Shown one piece after another: positions 11,786 to 21,091 of a DNA stretch of 64,000 nt. A program made the translations under genes and the position numbers. Source of the DNA: Nitrospirota bacterium (GTDB lineage: Bacteria; Nitrospirota; UBA9217). The notes below the pieces were generated by a model. That model saw only the letters and a program-made list of their open reading frames with translations, was not told where the DNA came from and ran no database searches. The DNA is taken from positions 3,191,002-3,255,001 of the forward strand of contig OY760142.1 in assembly GCA_963663225.1 (NCBI GenBank), given 5' to 3'. Position 1 is the stretch's first letter; each line of letters begins with the position of its first letter.

Positions 11786-14233
11786 TCAACCTACGCCGGC
11801 CAGGCGAAGCTTTCCCTGCCACTTTCTGCGGAGTGTTTCCCGGAGCAGCGGATGCTGTGCAAGAACAGGATCACAGGTCGCCAGGTCGAACGCCTCTGCC
11901 CGGGCCTGTTCAAGCAGATCGGCGTCCCGGATGATGTTGGCGGCACGAAGGTCCGGAAGCCCCGATTGACGCGTTCCGAAAAACTCCCCGGGCCCCCGCA
12001 TCCGCAGATCTTCTTCGGCTATTTTAAAACCGTCGTTTGTACGTATAAATGCATCCAGCCGTTCCCTCGCCTCTTCCGCAAACATTCTCGGTCCCATGAG
12101 CAGGCAATACGACTGATGCCCGCTTCTGCCGACGCGGCCCCGAAGCTGGTGCAGCTGAGCCAGGCCGAAGCGCTCGGGATGTTCGATCACCATCGCGGTG
12201 GCGTTCGGAACATCCACACCGACCTCGATGACCGTTGTCGAAACAAGAATATCCAGGGCGCCTGATGAGAACAGGGTCATGACCTTGTCTTTTTCATCAG
12301 ACTTCATCCGGCCGTGGACCAGTCCCACTTTTCGCTGCGGGAAAATATCCTTTTGCAGATGCTCCGCCATTTCAGTTGCCGCTTTCAAATCACTTTTTTC
12401 GGTTTCTTCTACAAGAGGGTACACCACGTATGCCTGCCGCCCTTTTCTCAGTTCGTTTTCAATGAACTGGTATGCCTCCCTGCGGCGGCTTTCGAAATAC
12501 AGTCTGGTTACAATAGGATTCCTGCCGGGAGGCAATTCATCGATCACGGACACATCAACGTCGCCATATACGGTAAGTGCCAGCGTTCGGGGAATCGGCG
12601 TAGCCGTCATGATAAGCACATCCGGTTCATATCCCTTGGAGGTGAGTGTTGAGCGCTGCATCACGCCAAAACGGTGCTGCTCATCAATAACGGCCAGGCC
12701 GAGGCGTTTGAATTTCACGTCTTCTTCAATAAGCGCATGGGTCCCGATTATAATATGGGCCGTTCCGGACGCAATTTCAGCAAGTAAAGCCTCTCGTTCC
12801 TTCTTCCTGATGCGGCCCGTAAGAGACCGGACGGCAATGCCGAGAGGGGCGGACAAGAAAGATATATTTCTATAATGCTGCTCCGCAAGAATTTCCGTCG
12901 GCGCCATAATGCATGCCTGATAATCGTTTTCGACAGCCATCAGCGCGGCAATCAGGGCGACAATGGTTTTGCCGCAGCCGACATCTCCCTGAACCAGCCT
13001 GTTCATCGGCTGTTCAGCAATCATGTCCCGCTTGATTTCGGCAATCACCCGTTCTTGCGCGTGCGTCAGGGTAAAAGGAAGTTTTTTTCGGAACGCCGAT
13101 TCCAGCTTTCCGGCATCATGGAATGAAATTCCCTTTTTTTCTCGAGAGGAGCCCTGTTTTCTGAGCGCAAGACCCAGTTCCAGCAAAAAAAGCTCCTCAT
13201 AACTCAGCCGTTGATGTGCAGGGCTCATACCGCGGTTCAGCATGGAGATGTCTTTTGTCAGTTCCGGAAAATGGACTTCGCGTAAAGCTTCGGCAATTCG
13301 AATGAATGAATGTTTTTTGATGATTTCTTCAGGAATAACGTCCGGTACAAAGGCCCCACAGGAATCAAGAACAGTTTTCAGAAGGCTGCGGACAACACGC
13401 ACGGATAGTCCTGCAGTCGTACGGTAGATGGGAACAATTCTGCCGGTATGTAGGAGGGCGTCCGGTTCGTTTTCATCCATGATCTCATATTCAGGATTAT
13501 CGATTTGTGCCAGACCGCCCCGGTAAGGATTGGACTTCACAATGCCGGAAAGGATCACGGTCTGGCCCGCTCGAAACACCTTTTGCATGAAAGGCTGGTT
13601 AAACCAGGAGCCAATCAGTATCCCGCTCTTGTCCGTAATAACCAGCTCGAAAATTTTGAGACGGCGTCGGCGCGTAGAAACAACTTCCGCAGAAACCACG
13701 CTTCCCGACACCGTTTCATAGCTGCCATAGGAAATTCTTCCAATTTTTTTTAAATTTCCCCGGTCTTCATAGCGCCAGGGAAGGTAAAAAAGCGCATCTT
13801 CCAGGGTATAAATGTCAAGTTTTTTGAGGAGTTCCGCCCGCTTGGGGCCTATGCCTTTGCAATATTGGATGGGAGCGTCCGGCCGCAGACGGGGGTGGCC
13901 TTCTGATTGCGCCGGCTCAGGAACGAGCTCCTGCCGGGAAACGCTTGGGCTGTCTTTAAGTGCGTTGATGTGCTGCTGCAAAGTTTCCAATAGAGACAGC
14001 GCACGAAGAATTCTCTCTTTTTTGTGCTCTGCCGGCAACGTGTCGAATCCGGAAAAAAGCGCCTCTATTTCACCGAGGCCGGCAAGGTCCTGTTTTATTC
14101 GCTTCAGTTCGGCAAACTGTATCCGCATGAACGCTTCAATGGCGCCAAGACTTTTGAGATGCAGAAAATCATCCTTGCGAGCGAAACTCAGCGGCTTTTT
14201 GATTCTTTCAAGAATAGTTTCGAATCCGCCCAT
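11786..14233 (-). CDS. recG: ATP-dependent DNA helicase RecG
   Basis: QGDVGCGKT, DEQHRFG, TATPIPRTL, QLRGRVGR, RGPGEFFGTRQSG; wedge domain present. Confidence 0.97.
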   Translation of the reverse strand: MGGFETILERIKKPLSFARKDDFLHLKSLGAIEAFMRIQFAELKRIKQDLAGLGEIEALFSGFDTLPAEHKKERILRALSLLETLQQHINALKDSPSVSRQELVPEPAQSEGHPRLRPDAPIQYCKGIGPKRAELLKKLDIYTLEDALFYLPWRYEDRGNLKKIGRISYGSYETVSGSVVSAEVVSTRRRRLKIFELVITDKSGILIGSWFNQPFMQKVFRAGQTVILSGIVKSNPYRGGLAQIDNPEYEIMDENEPDALLHTGRIVPIYRTTAGLSVRVVRSLLKTVLDSCGAFVPDVIPEEIIKKHSFIRIAEALREVHFPELTKDISMLNRGMSPAHQRLSYEELFLLELGLALRKQGSSREKKGISFHDAGKLESAFRKKLPFTLTHAQERVIAEIKRDMIAEQPMNRLVQGDVGCGKTIVALIAALMAVENDYQACIMAPTEILAEQHYRNISFLSAPLGIAVRSLTGRIRKKEREALLAEIASGTAHIIIGTHALIEEDVKFKRLGLAVIDEQHRFGVMQRSTLTSKGYEPDVLIMTATPIPRTLALTVYGDVDVSVIDELPPGRNPIVTRLYFESRRREAYQFIENELRKGRQAYVVYPLVEETEKSDLKAATEMAEHLQKDIFPQRKVGLVHGRMKSDEKDKVMTLFSSGALDILVSTTVIEVGVDVPNATAMVIEHPERFGLAQLHQLRGRVGRSGHQSYCLLMGPRMFAEEARERLDAFIRTNDGFKIAEEDLRMRGPGEFFGTRQSGLPDLRAANIIRDADLLEQARAEAFDLATCDPVLAQHPLLRETLRRKWQGKLRLAGVG

Positions 14234-14426
14234 ACGATGGTAGTGTAGAGTATTTTGGCTGGTTTGTCGAGAAAAAGTACTGTTGAGGAAGTGCCGTGTG
14301 AGGTGCGCTTCGGCACTGTGGCGGGTTTAATCTTTATACCTGAACCTGATTACGACGGCAGAAAAAGCACTGCATACGGGGTGAACGAGTTCGATCCATC
14401 ATCACAACAATAATTCTGAATCTGCA

Positions 14427-15839
14427 TCAAACATTCGATTTGATGCTGTCTTCCTGGATCCCCAGTACCCTGTCGATAATATCGGCAAGCTCGGTATCGT
14501 AATCATGAGTCAGAGTGAACACCCTGCATTGCACCACGCGTGCAGGAATGTAATCGAAGAATTCCTTCAGCGGTTCTTTCTCCACCTTGTGGGTTGAAGG
14601 ATTGAACACGTATATCTGGCGATCGCCCATCATCAGAGGATTGATCGGGCGCGGGTCCTGAGTGGCCATGTCAACCCTGAACTGGATGTTCTTTAGTTTA
14701 AGAGGCAGTGCTTTCAAGATCTTTTTCCGCAGTTCTGCCTCATCGATGATGGTTTTTCCTTTCTCGAATACGCGCATGGAGAGCGTAACGTCATACGCCA
14801 TTTTCCATTTGACGTCCCTGGCAAGGATGCCGATCCATTCGCGCCCGAGCGACGCCAGTGCGCTGTTTTTGCTGCCTCCCCACTTCCGCACGGTTTCAAG
14901 CAATGACCAATCGGTCAGTTCGAGATACCCGGAAAGATTGTCCAGCGGATTGTAGGGAAAGAGGTGTTCCATCGTGTCTTTAAAAAGCTCTTTCAAGTGT
15001 TCATCGATGGCCCGCGTGGTGCGGTGATAATACACATTGGTATACATGTACAGCCGGGCGTTCAGGAACATATTCAACGCCGAAAGGCCTGCCTTATGGA
15101 GGGTCAATCCCTTATCGGTAAAAAAAGTATAATACAGCAGCCGGTCTATATCTATAGCGCCGGTCGAGACGCCGCACATATAGGCATCACGCAGCACATA
15201 GTCAAGATTGTCCACCGTATAAATGCCTGAGAGCATGGGCTGGAGAAATACCAGCCACCGGGGCTGCTTCGAATTTGCGGTTGTTCCTTTGCCGATGAGA
15301 AACGCGATATGCTCGGAATTCAGCTTCGGGTCGCTTTTTGCGAAATCTCCCGAAGGACTGCGGCGGATGGAGCGAATAATTTCCGTGAAATCCTTTTTTA
15401 TAATATGCTGGCCCACTTTTTCATGTGTCAGCCCAAACTGGTCGAGATAGTTGTCATCAAAAAAATGTCCGAAAGGACCGTGTCCGATGTCGTGCAGCAA
15501 TGCCGCGACCCGAAGAAGCTCCTCGATAAAATTCGCCGAAGGACAGTCCGGTACGAGCGCTTTCAGAGAGGGATACAGGTGACGGGCAAATCTGCCTGCC
15601 AAATGCATCGCGCCGAGTGAATGCTGAAACCTGCTGTGCTCCGCCGACGGATAAACCCAGCGGGCGCTCTGGAGCTGGTATATGCGGCGAAGCCGCTGCA
15701 TCCACGGAGTGTCAAGCAGATTCTTTTCGGTAATATCATCCTCTCCCCGGGGAGTAGTGAATGAAATATACCCATGAACAGGATCGCCGAGAAGGGCCGT
15801 GCCTTCATACAATTCTTCGCCTTTTTTAATCTCACGCAT
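14427..15839 (-). CDS. HD-domain phosphohydrolase (dNTPase/SAMHD1-like family)
   Basis: DPVHG, QRLRRI.QL, HSRFQHSLG, LLHDIGHGPFGH, LDYVLRD, VYYH. Confidence 0.9.
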   Translation of the reverse strand: MREIKKGEELYEGTALLGDPVHGYISFTTPRGEDDITEKNLLDTPWMQRLRRIYQLQSARWVYPSAEHSRFQHSLGAMHLAGRFARHLYPSLKALVPDCPSANFIEELLRVAALLHDIGHGPFGHFFDDNYLDQFGLTHEKVGQHIIKKDFTEIIRSIRRSPSGDFAKSDPKLNSEHIAFLIGKGTTANSKQPRWLVFLQPMLSGIYTVDNLDYVLRDAYMCGVSTGAIDIDRLLYYTFFTDKGLTLHKAGLSALNMFLNARLYMYTNVYYHRTTRAIDEHLKELFKDTMEHLFPYNPLDNLSGYLELTDWSLLETVRKWGGSKNSALASLGREWIGILARDVKWKMAYDVTLSMRVFEKGKTIIDEAELRKKILKALPLKLKNIQFRVDMATQDPRPINPLMMGDRQIYVFNPSTHKVEKEPLKEFFDYIPARVVQCRVFTLTHDYDTELADIIDRVLGIQEDSIKSNV

Positions 15840-15978
15840 AAAAATATTATACCGGGAAACGCCGGTGAGTCAACTTCATTTTGTCGGGTGCCACTGTACA
15901 ATTTTATTGCTATAAATAACCATGCAAAAAGAAATAAAATTTAGTATAATGGCGCGCAGGAATACGGGGAGGAGCCGA

Positions 15979-16827
15979 GTGCAGACATTATTCACGTATC
16001 TTACGAGGCAGTCTGAATCCGTCAAGCTCATTATTACCATTATCGTGACCATTGCAGTAGGCATTATCGACTATCTCACCGGTATTGAACTTTCGGTCCA
16101 CTTGCTGTATATTCTGCCGGTTTTTATAAGCACCTGGTTTCTCAGCACCGGAGCGGGGGTCGCCTTTTCCGTCGTCTGCACCGTAATCTGGGCGCTTTCT
16201 GACAATATTTTTTCCCGCAGCTATAACTCCCCTCTCATTCCCTACTGGAATTTTTGCATGTGCCTGGGATTTTTGCTCGTGACCAGCGCCTTGCTGGGAC
16301 TCCTTAAAACATCCCTTGAACAGGAACGGCAAGTGGCAAGAACCGATTTTCTGACGGGAGCGGTAAGCAGAAGACACTTCCTCGAACTGGCAGAAGCTGA
16401 AATAAACAGAGCCCGCAGATATACCCATCCCTTTACCGCTGTTTATATTGATATCGATAATTTCAAGGCAGTCAACGACACATTCGGACATGATATCGGT
16501 GATGAACTGCTCATACATGTAGTGTCCATGATTAAAGACCAGATTCGGGCTTCAGATATTATTGCGCGGCTTGGCGGCGACGAATTCATGATTTTCTTCC
16601 CTGAAACCGGTTCGGAAACGGCAATGTCGGCTATTGATAAAGTGCGGAAAGTCCTTTTGCAGGCCATGATAAAAAACAACTGGCCCGTCACTTTCAGTTT
16701 CGGAATGGTAACGTTTACCACTCCCCCCTGGTCCGTTGACCATATGATCAAGCTTACCGACGATCTCATGTATGAAGGCAAAAAATCCGGCAAAGACACG
16801 ATAAAACACGAAGTGTATCGCGGTTGA
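15979..16827 (+). CDS. Membrane-bound diguanylate cyclase
   Basis: About four TM helices, D.DNFK.VND.FGH..GD and GGDEF. GTG 15979 follows a GGAGGAG SD, with TATAAT upstream. Confidence 0.9.
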   Translation: MQTLFTYLTRQSESVKLIITIIVTIAVGIIDYLTGIELSVHLLYILPVFISTWFLSTGAGVAFSVVCTVIWALSDNIFSRSYNSPLIPYWNFCMCLGFLLVTSALLGLLKTSLEQERQVARTDFLTGAVSRRHFLELAEAEINRARRYTHPFTAVYIDIDNFKAVNDTFGHDIGDELLIHVVSMIKDQIRASDIIARLGGDEFMIFFPETGSETAMSAIDKVRKVLLQAMIKNNWPVTFSFGMVTFTTPPWSVDHMIKLTDDLMYEGKKSGKDTIKHEVYRG

Positions 16828-16847
16828 ATATCAGGCGAGGCTGTTTG

Positions 16848-18260
16848 TCACGTCGTTTTTCGCTTACCACACTTTGTCTGTGGAAATATTTTTCCCGGAT
16901 TCATAATATTATTCGGGTCAAGCGCATACTTGATTCTCTGCATGGCGTTTATCGTGGCCGTTCCGTACTCCATCGGCAAATAGGCAGCTTTTGAAATGCC
17001 GACGCCGTGCTCTCCGGTAATGCTCCCGCCAAAACGAAGCGTCGCTTCAAAAACTTCCTTCGCCGCTTCATGCGCTCTCGGCAGGTCCTCTTCGGCGGCC
17101 ATGATATTCGTATGAATATTGCCATCTCCCGCGTGGCCGAAATTCACGATCAGAAATCCGTATCGTTGTGCGATGCCGTCTATTTCCCGTAAGATATCAG
17201 GAATTTTGCTGCGAGGCACAACAATATCCTCGTTCACTTTTTCGAGATTCAATGTCTTGAGCGCCGGGGAAAGGGCTCGCCGTGCCTTCCAAAGATGCTC
17301 CCGCTCCTCCTCGGACCGGGCCCTGTTTACACGGAGTGCGTTCAGGCCGGCCAGAATTTGCTCAATGCGGCCTGCCTCCCGCTCGGTCGTTTCCTCAGCC
17401 CCATCCACTTCGACAAGCAGCATGGCGGCCGCCCCTCCTGACACATCTTCGCCGAGGTGGGTTTCCACGGCCTTCAACGACGCTTGGTCGACAAATTCAA
17501 GGGCGCGCGGAATGATCCTGCTTTTCATGATCTCCAGGATGGCCCGTCCTGCCGTCTGAATGTCTGCAAAAAAAGCGGACAGCGTCTTGACGGTTTCCGG
17601 AAGCGGCAGGAGCTTAACGGTAATCAAGGTGACAACACCGAGCGTTCCTTCGGATCCGACGATGAGTTTTGTCAGATCGTAGCCCGCCACGCTCTTCATT
17701 GTCCGCGCTCCGGTGGTAATAATCTCCCCTGTCGGCAGAACAACTTCCAGGCCAAGCACATAGTCCTTGGTCACTCCATATTTAACTGCACGGAGCCCTC
17801 CTGCGCATTCCGCGACGTTCCCGCCGATGGTGCTTGTATCGTGGCTGGCCGGGTCCGGAGGATAAAAAAGCCCCCGCGATTCCACTTCGAGCTGCAACGT
17901 TCCCGTTATTACTCCCGGTTCCACCACGGCAATGAGGTTGTCCTCATCAATTTCTCTGATTCTGTTCATCCGCTCAAGTGATAAAACGATGCCTCCGCAT
18001 ACCGGCACTGCTCCGCCGGACATGCCTGTTCCTGCTCCGCGCGGGACCACGGGAATCCGCTGATGGTTGGCGAGGGAGAGAATGTCCGATACCTGACTTG
18101 CAGTCACAGGCAGAACCACTGCCCAAGGGAGCGATTCGTGGCGGGTGGCGTCACGCGCGTATGGCTCCAGCTCTGTGGATGCCGTGATAACGCCGGAAGG
18201 ACCGACGATCTTTTTTAATTTATCGATAAAAGTTTTTTTAAGCATATACTCGATAATCAA
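16848..18260 (-). CDS. glcD: FAD-linked oxidase (GlcD/D-lactate dehydrogenase family)
   Basis: RGAGTGMSGG, PPDPAS, GSEGTLG, GHAGDGNIH, GEHGVG, DP..IMNPGK. Confidence 0.8.
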   Translation of the reverse strand: MIIEYMLKKTFIDKLKKIVGPSGVITASTELEPYARDATRHESLPWAVVLPVTASQVSDILSLANHQRIPVVPRGAGTGMSGGAVPVCGGIVLSLERMNRIREIDEDNLIAVVEPGVITGTLQLEVESRGLFYPPDPASHDTSTIGGNVAECAGGLRAVKYGVTKDYVLGLEVVLPTGEIITTGARTMKSVAGYDLTKLIVGSEGTLGVVTLITVKLLPLPETVKTLSAFFADIQTAGRAILEIMKSRIIPRALEFVDQASLKAVETHLGEDVSGGAAAMLLVEVDGAEETTEREAGRIEQILAGLNALRVNRARSEEEREHLWKARRALSPALKTLNLEKVNEDIVVPRSKIPDILREIDGIAQRYGFLIVNFGHAGDGNIHTNIMAAEEDLPRAHEAAKEVFEATLRFGGSITGEHGVGISKAAYLPMEYGTATINAMQRIKYALDPNNIMNPGKIFPQTKCGKRKTT

Positions 18261-19818
18261 TGTCCGGGAAAATATTGTCCAAAAGTTCTATGCCGTCAAG
18301 CCAGTCCTGGTCGACGTGTCCCTCCCGGATATCATAATACAGTCTGGTGAAGCGGAGGATGTGTTCCTTCGTTCTGCGCACCGCATAATCGACATGGCTG
18401 CCAGTCTTCAAAATAAAAGCCCAGTCAGAGCTTTGCGCGAGAAGCACCTCCCGCGCCGCCTGGTTCAACGCCCGCTTCTGCAAGCCTTCGCTTTGAGAAA
18501 AAATCCTCGCCAGTTCCACCATCCGCTCAGCCGCTTTATGAAGATGCCGGTATATCCAGTCATTTGATCCGTCAAGCCATACTTCGGCATATCCCTTGTA
18601 TCCCCAACTCGACAGGGACGGGGCTGCAACCTGACATTTCGGGTTTTCCTGCAGATACTCGGATGGAGTAATCAACCGTACGGTTTTTTGATCGAATACA
18701 GTTTTCCGGATCAGGTAATCAATCCAGTTGGGACCTTCGAACCACCAATGCCCGAACAGCTCGGAATCATACGGGGCAACAATAATGGGCTTTCGTCCCT
18801 GGAAGAGACCGGCCAGCCACTCCACTTGTTTTTCCCTGTTGAACAGAAAATTGCCGGCATGCTCCGCGGCCCTCTGCAGCGCCCAGTGGCGGATATAGGG
18901 GTCTTTTTGGTCCGACTCACCTGTAATTTTGTAATACTTGACGCCGAGATTGACGCGGATGCCGTCAGGATGAAGATACGGCTTAACATATTCATGATCC
19001 AGATCAAACCCCGCATCCCGGTAAAAGTCTCGATAATTATAATCTCCGGGATACCCCTCTATGGAACTCCAGACTTGCTTGGATGATTCAATATCCCTGC
19101 CGAAAGCCGCCACACCGGAAGGGCAATAAACAGGCGCATAGACACCGTACTTTGGACGCGGCAATGCATTGGAAATGCCGTGTGAGTCCGTAAAGAAATA
19201 TCGTATGCCTGCATCCTTCAGAATTTCGTCAAGTCCCTCGTAATACCCGCATTCCGGCAGCCAGATGCCCCTGGGTGCCCGGCCGAAGTGTGTTTTATAA
19301 TGCTCCACGGCAATCATAATCTGCGCCCGTACTGCCTGTGGGTTCTGCATCAGCGGCAGAAAGGCATGCGTGGCAGCGCAGGTAATAATTTCCAACCTGC
19401 CGAGGTCCTGGAATTTGCGAAATGCCTGTATAAGATTGCATCCGTATTTTTCTTCAAATACGGAGCGGGCGTTTTTGAACATGTCTTCGTACATCCGGGC
19501 AAGCGGGTTGAATTCCGGCTGATCGGAAGTCCGGTCAATTTCTTTTCCGGCAAGCTCAATGAGCCTGTTAATATGCCGAATATACCGTTGCTGAAGCAGC
19601 GGGTCGACAAGCATCGAAACAAGCGTGGGCGAAAGGCTCATCGTGATCCGGAAATCAACATTGTCATCCACCAGCCCGTCAAAAACATTGATTAGTGGTA
19701 TATACGTTTCCGTTATCGCTTCGTACAACCAGTCCTCTTCCAGAAACCGGTCGTGTTCCGGGTGTCTTACATAGGGTAAATGGCTGTGCAGCACCAAAGC
19801 CAGATAACCTTTTTCCAT
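18238..19818 (-). CDS. GH57 1,4-alpha-glucan branching enzyme (DUF1957)
   Basis: LHSHLPYV, WLYEAITETY.P, GIWLPEC, D.ELFGHWWFEG, QSSDWAF. Confidence 0.92.
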   Translation of the reverse strand: MEKGYLALVLHSHLPYVRHPEHDRFLEEDWLYEAITETYIPLINVFDGLVDDNVDFRITMSLSPTLVSMLVDPLLQQRYIRHINRLIELAGKEIDRTSDQPEFNPLARMYEDMFKNARSVFEEKYGCNLIQAFRKFQDLGRLEIITCAATHAFLPLMQNPQAVRAQIMIAVEHYKTHFGRAPRGIWLPECGYYEGLDEILKDAGIRYFFTDSHGISNALPRPKYGVYAPVYCPSGVAAFGRDIESSKQVWSSIEGYPGDYNYRDFYRDAGFDLDHEYVKPYLHPDGIRVNLGVKYYKITGESDQKDPYIRHWALQRAAEHAGNFLFNREKQVEWLAGLFQGRKPIIVAPYDSELFGHWWFEGPNWIDYLIRKTVFDQKTVRLITPSEYLQENPKCQVAAPSLSSWGYKGYAEVWLDGSNDWIYRHLHKAAERMVELARIFSQSEGLQKRALNQAAREVLLAQSSDWAFILKTGSHVDYAVRRTKEHILRFTRLYYDIREGHVDQDWLDGIELLDNIFPDIDYRVYA

Positions 19819-19992
19819 TCTTCCTCCGAGGAGAGCTGTGCAGAGCGCAGGTCGCAGGTGCGACCGTACGCAGGCGAAATTCTAGAGACCAAAAGAAAAG
19901 TCCATCCGCTTTGGATGGACTTTACAATAAAAATCACTTCAGTACAAGAGTATTTCAACTGCTCAGGTACAAGCAAAAAACACGCCGCCGCC

Positions 19993-20919
19993 TTACCTCC
20001 GTCTTGCCCGCTGGCGGGAAAACATGCCTGGCGAGGTAATCCCTTGCAGGCGTCTGCGTTTCAGTATCTCCTGACTCTGAGGAGACGACAATCCGGTCGG
20101 GCCACCATAAAGCTGCAGAAACTCCTCATCCAGAAGCATCCATTCGTCATCCAGAATATCCGACACCCCATCACGAGGCATGGTAATGTAATTCGACCGG
20201 ACCAGGGTTAAGAACTTCCCTTCGGGTGAAAGCAGTCCCAAATCAGCGCAGAAGGAGTGGGACGGCCTTCCAAAATCAAAATACCAGCTGCCGGTTTGTT
20301 CCGAAACCTCCTGATCGTAATACCCGATGGCATTCCTGCCATCAAACTGGACACCGGTTATGTCATAAACCCGGATGCAGAGTCTGCTGTCCCATCCGAA
20401 CCAATTCCGCTCCTTCGCAACCCGTCCCGGCGCCACTTCCCAGTATGCAAACGCTATAAACGGATCTCTCGACAAAAGAGTGATCTTTTCTTCTCCATAT
20501 GACAGGGGAAGGTCTCCGTGTGCCTCAACCATCGGCTGCAACGCAGGGCCGGTATAATACTTGGCCTCAGCCACCCGTTCCTGTGCTATAAATGGCTCCT
20601 CCGACTTCGGAGGAATTTTCCATTCAAGATTCGGCATGTCGGTTTTCCGAGTTTTTTCTACCGGTTCTTTTTTTATAGATTCAGCCTTCTGCACCCTGAA
20701 GTCTTCCGGAGCTTTATCCGATTTGCTCCCGATTTTCCTCGCTGCAAGCGAAATCTGCTGAACGTTTCTTTCCATTGCCGGTTTTTTGATGTCTATTTCT
20801 TTTTTCAGAAGTGCAATAATGTCCGCCTTTTTTGCTTTTGCTGGCAGAGAAACACTCCTCTCTTTAGCCAGGGCTTTGAGTTTCGCTACGGTCATAGCAG
20901 TCAGATCTGTTTTTTTCAT
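19993..20919 (-). CDS. DUF4912 domain protein with Rho-N-like N-terminus
   Basis: N-terminal MTVAKLKALAK..KKADII; LP.SYGE..I.LL.RDP...AYWE, RVYDITG, SWY and RSN motifs. Confidence 0.8.
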   Translation of the reverse strand: MKKTDLTAMTVAKLKALAKERSVSLPAKAKKADIIALLKKEIDIKKPAMERNVQQISLAARKIGSKSDKAPEDFRVQKAESIKKEPVEKTRKTDMPNLEWKIPPKSEEPFIAQERVAEAKYYTGPALQPMVEAHGDLPLSYGEEKITLLSRDPFIAFAYWEVAPGRVAKERNWFGWDSRLCIRVYDITGVQFDGRNAIGYYDQEVSEQTGSWYFDFGRPSHSFCADLGLLSPEGKFLTLVRSNYITMPRDGVSDILDDEWMLLDEEFLQLYGGPTGLSSPQSQEILKRRRLQGITSPGMFSRQRARRR

Positions 20920-21091
20920 CTCAAACCCCCTTTCGTGTAGCTAAAGTCCGTTTACGAATAAACTATAGCATAAAACGCACTATTGTCAAACCGCACACGC
21001 GCAAACCGAATGAACAGGATAGTGCGGTGGAAAAAATGGTACTTACGATACTCTTTTGTGTTCGAGATGAGAATTGTGCTAATATAAGGAC

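Noticed and set aside
19850-19865. GGTCGCA/TGCGACC palindrome upstream of GH57, and a GTGCCG/CGGCAC stem near 14291-14316
   Set aside because: Single short hairpins with no second copy or U-tract; function unsupported.
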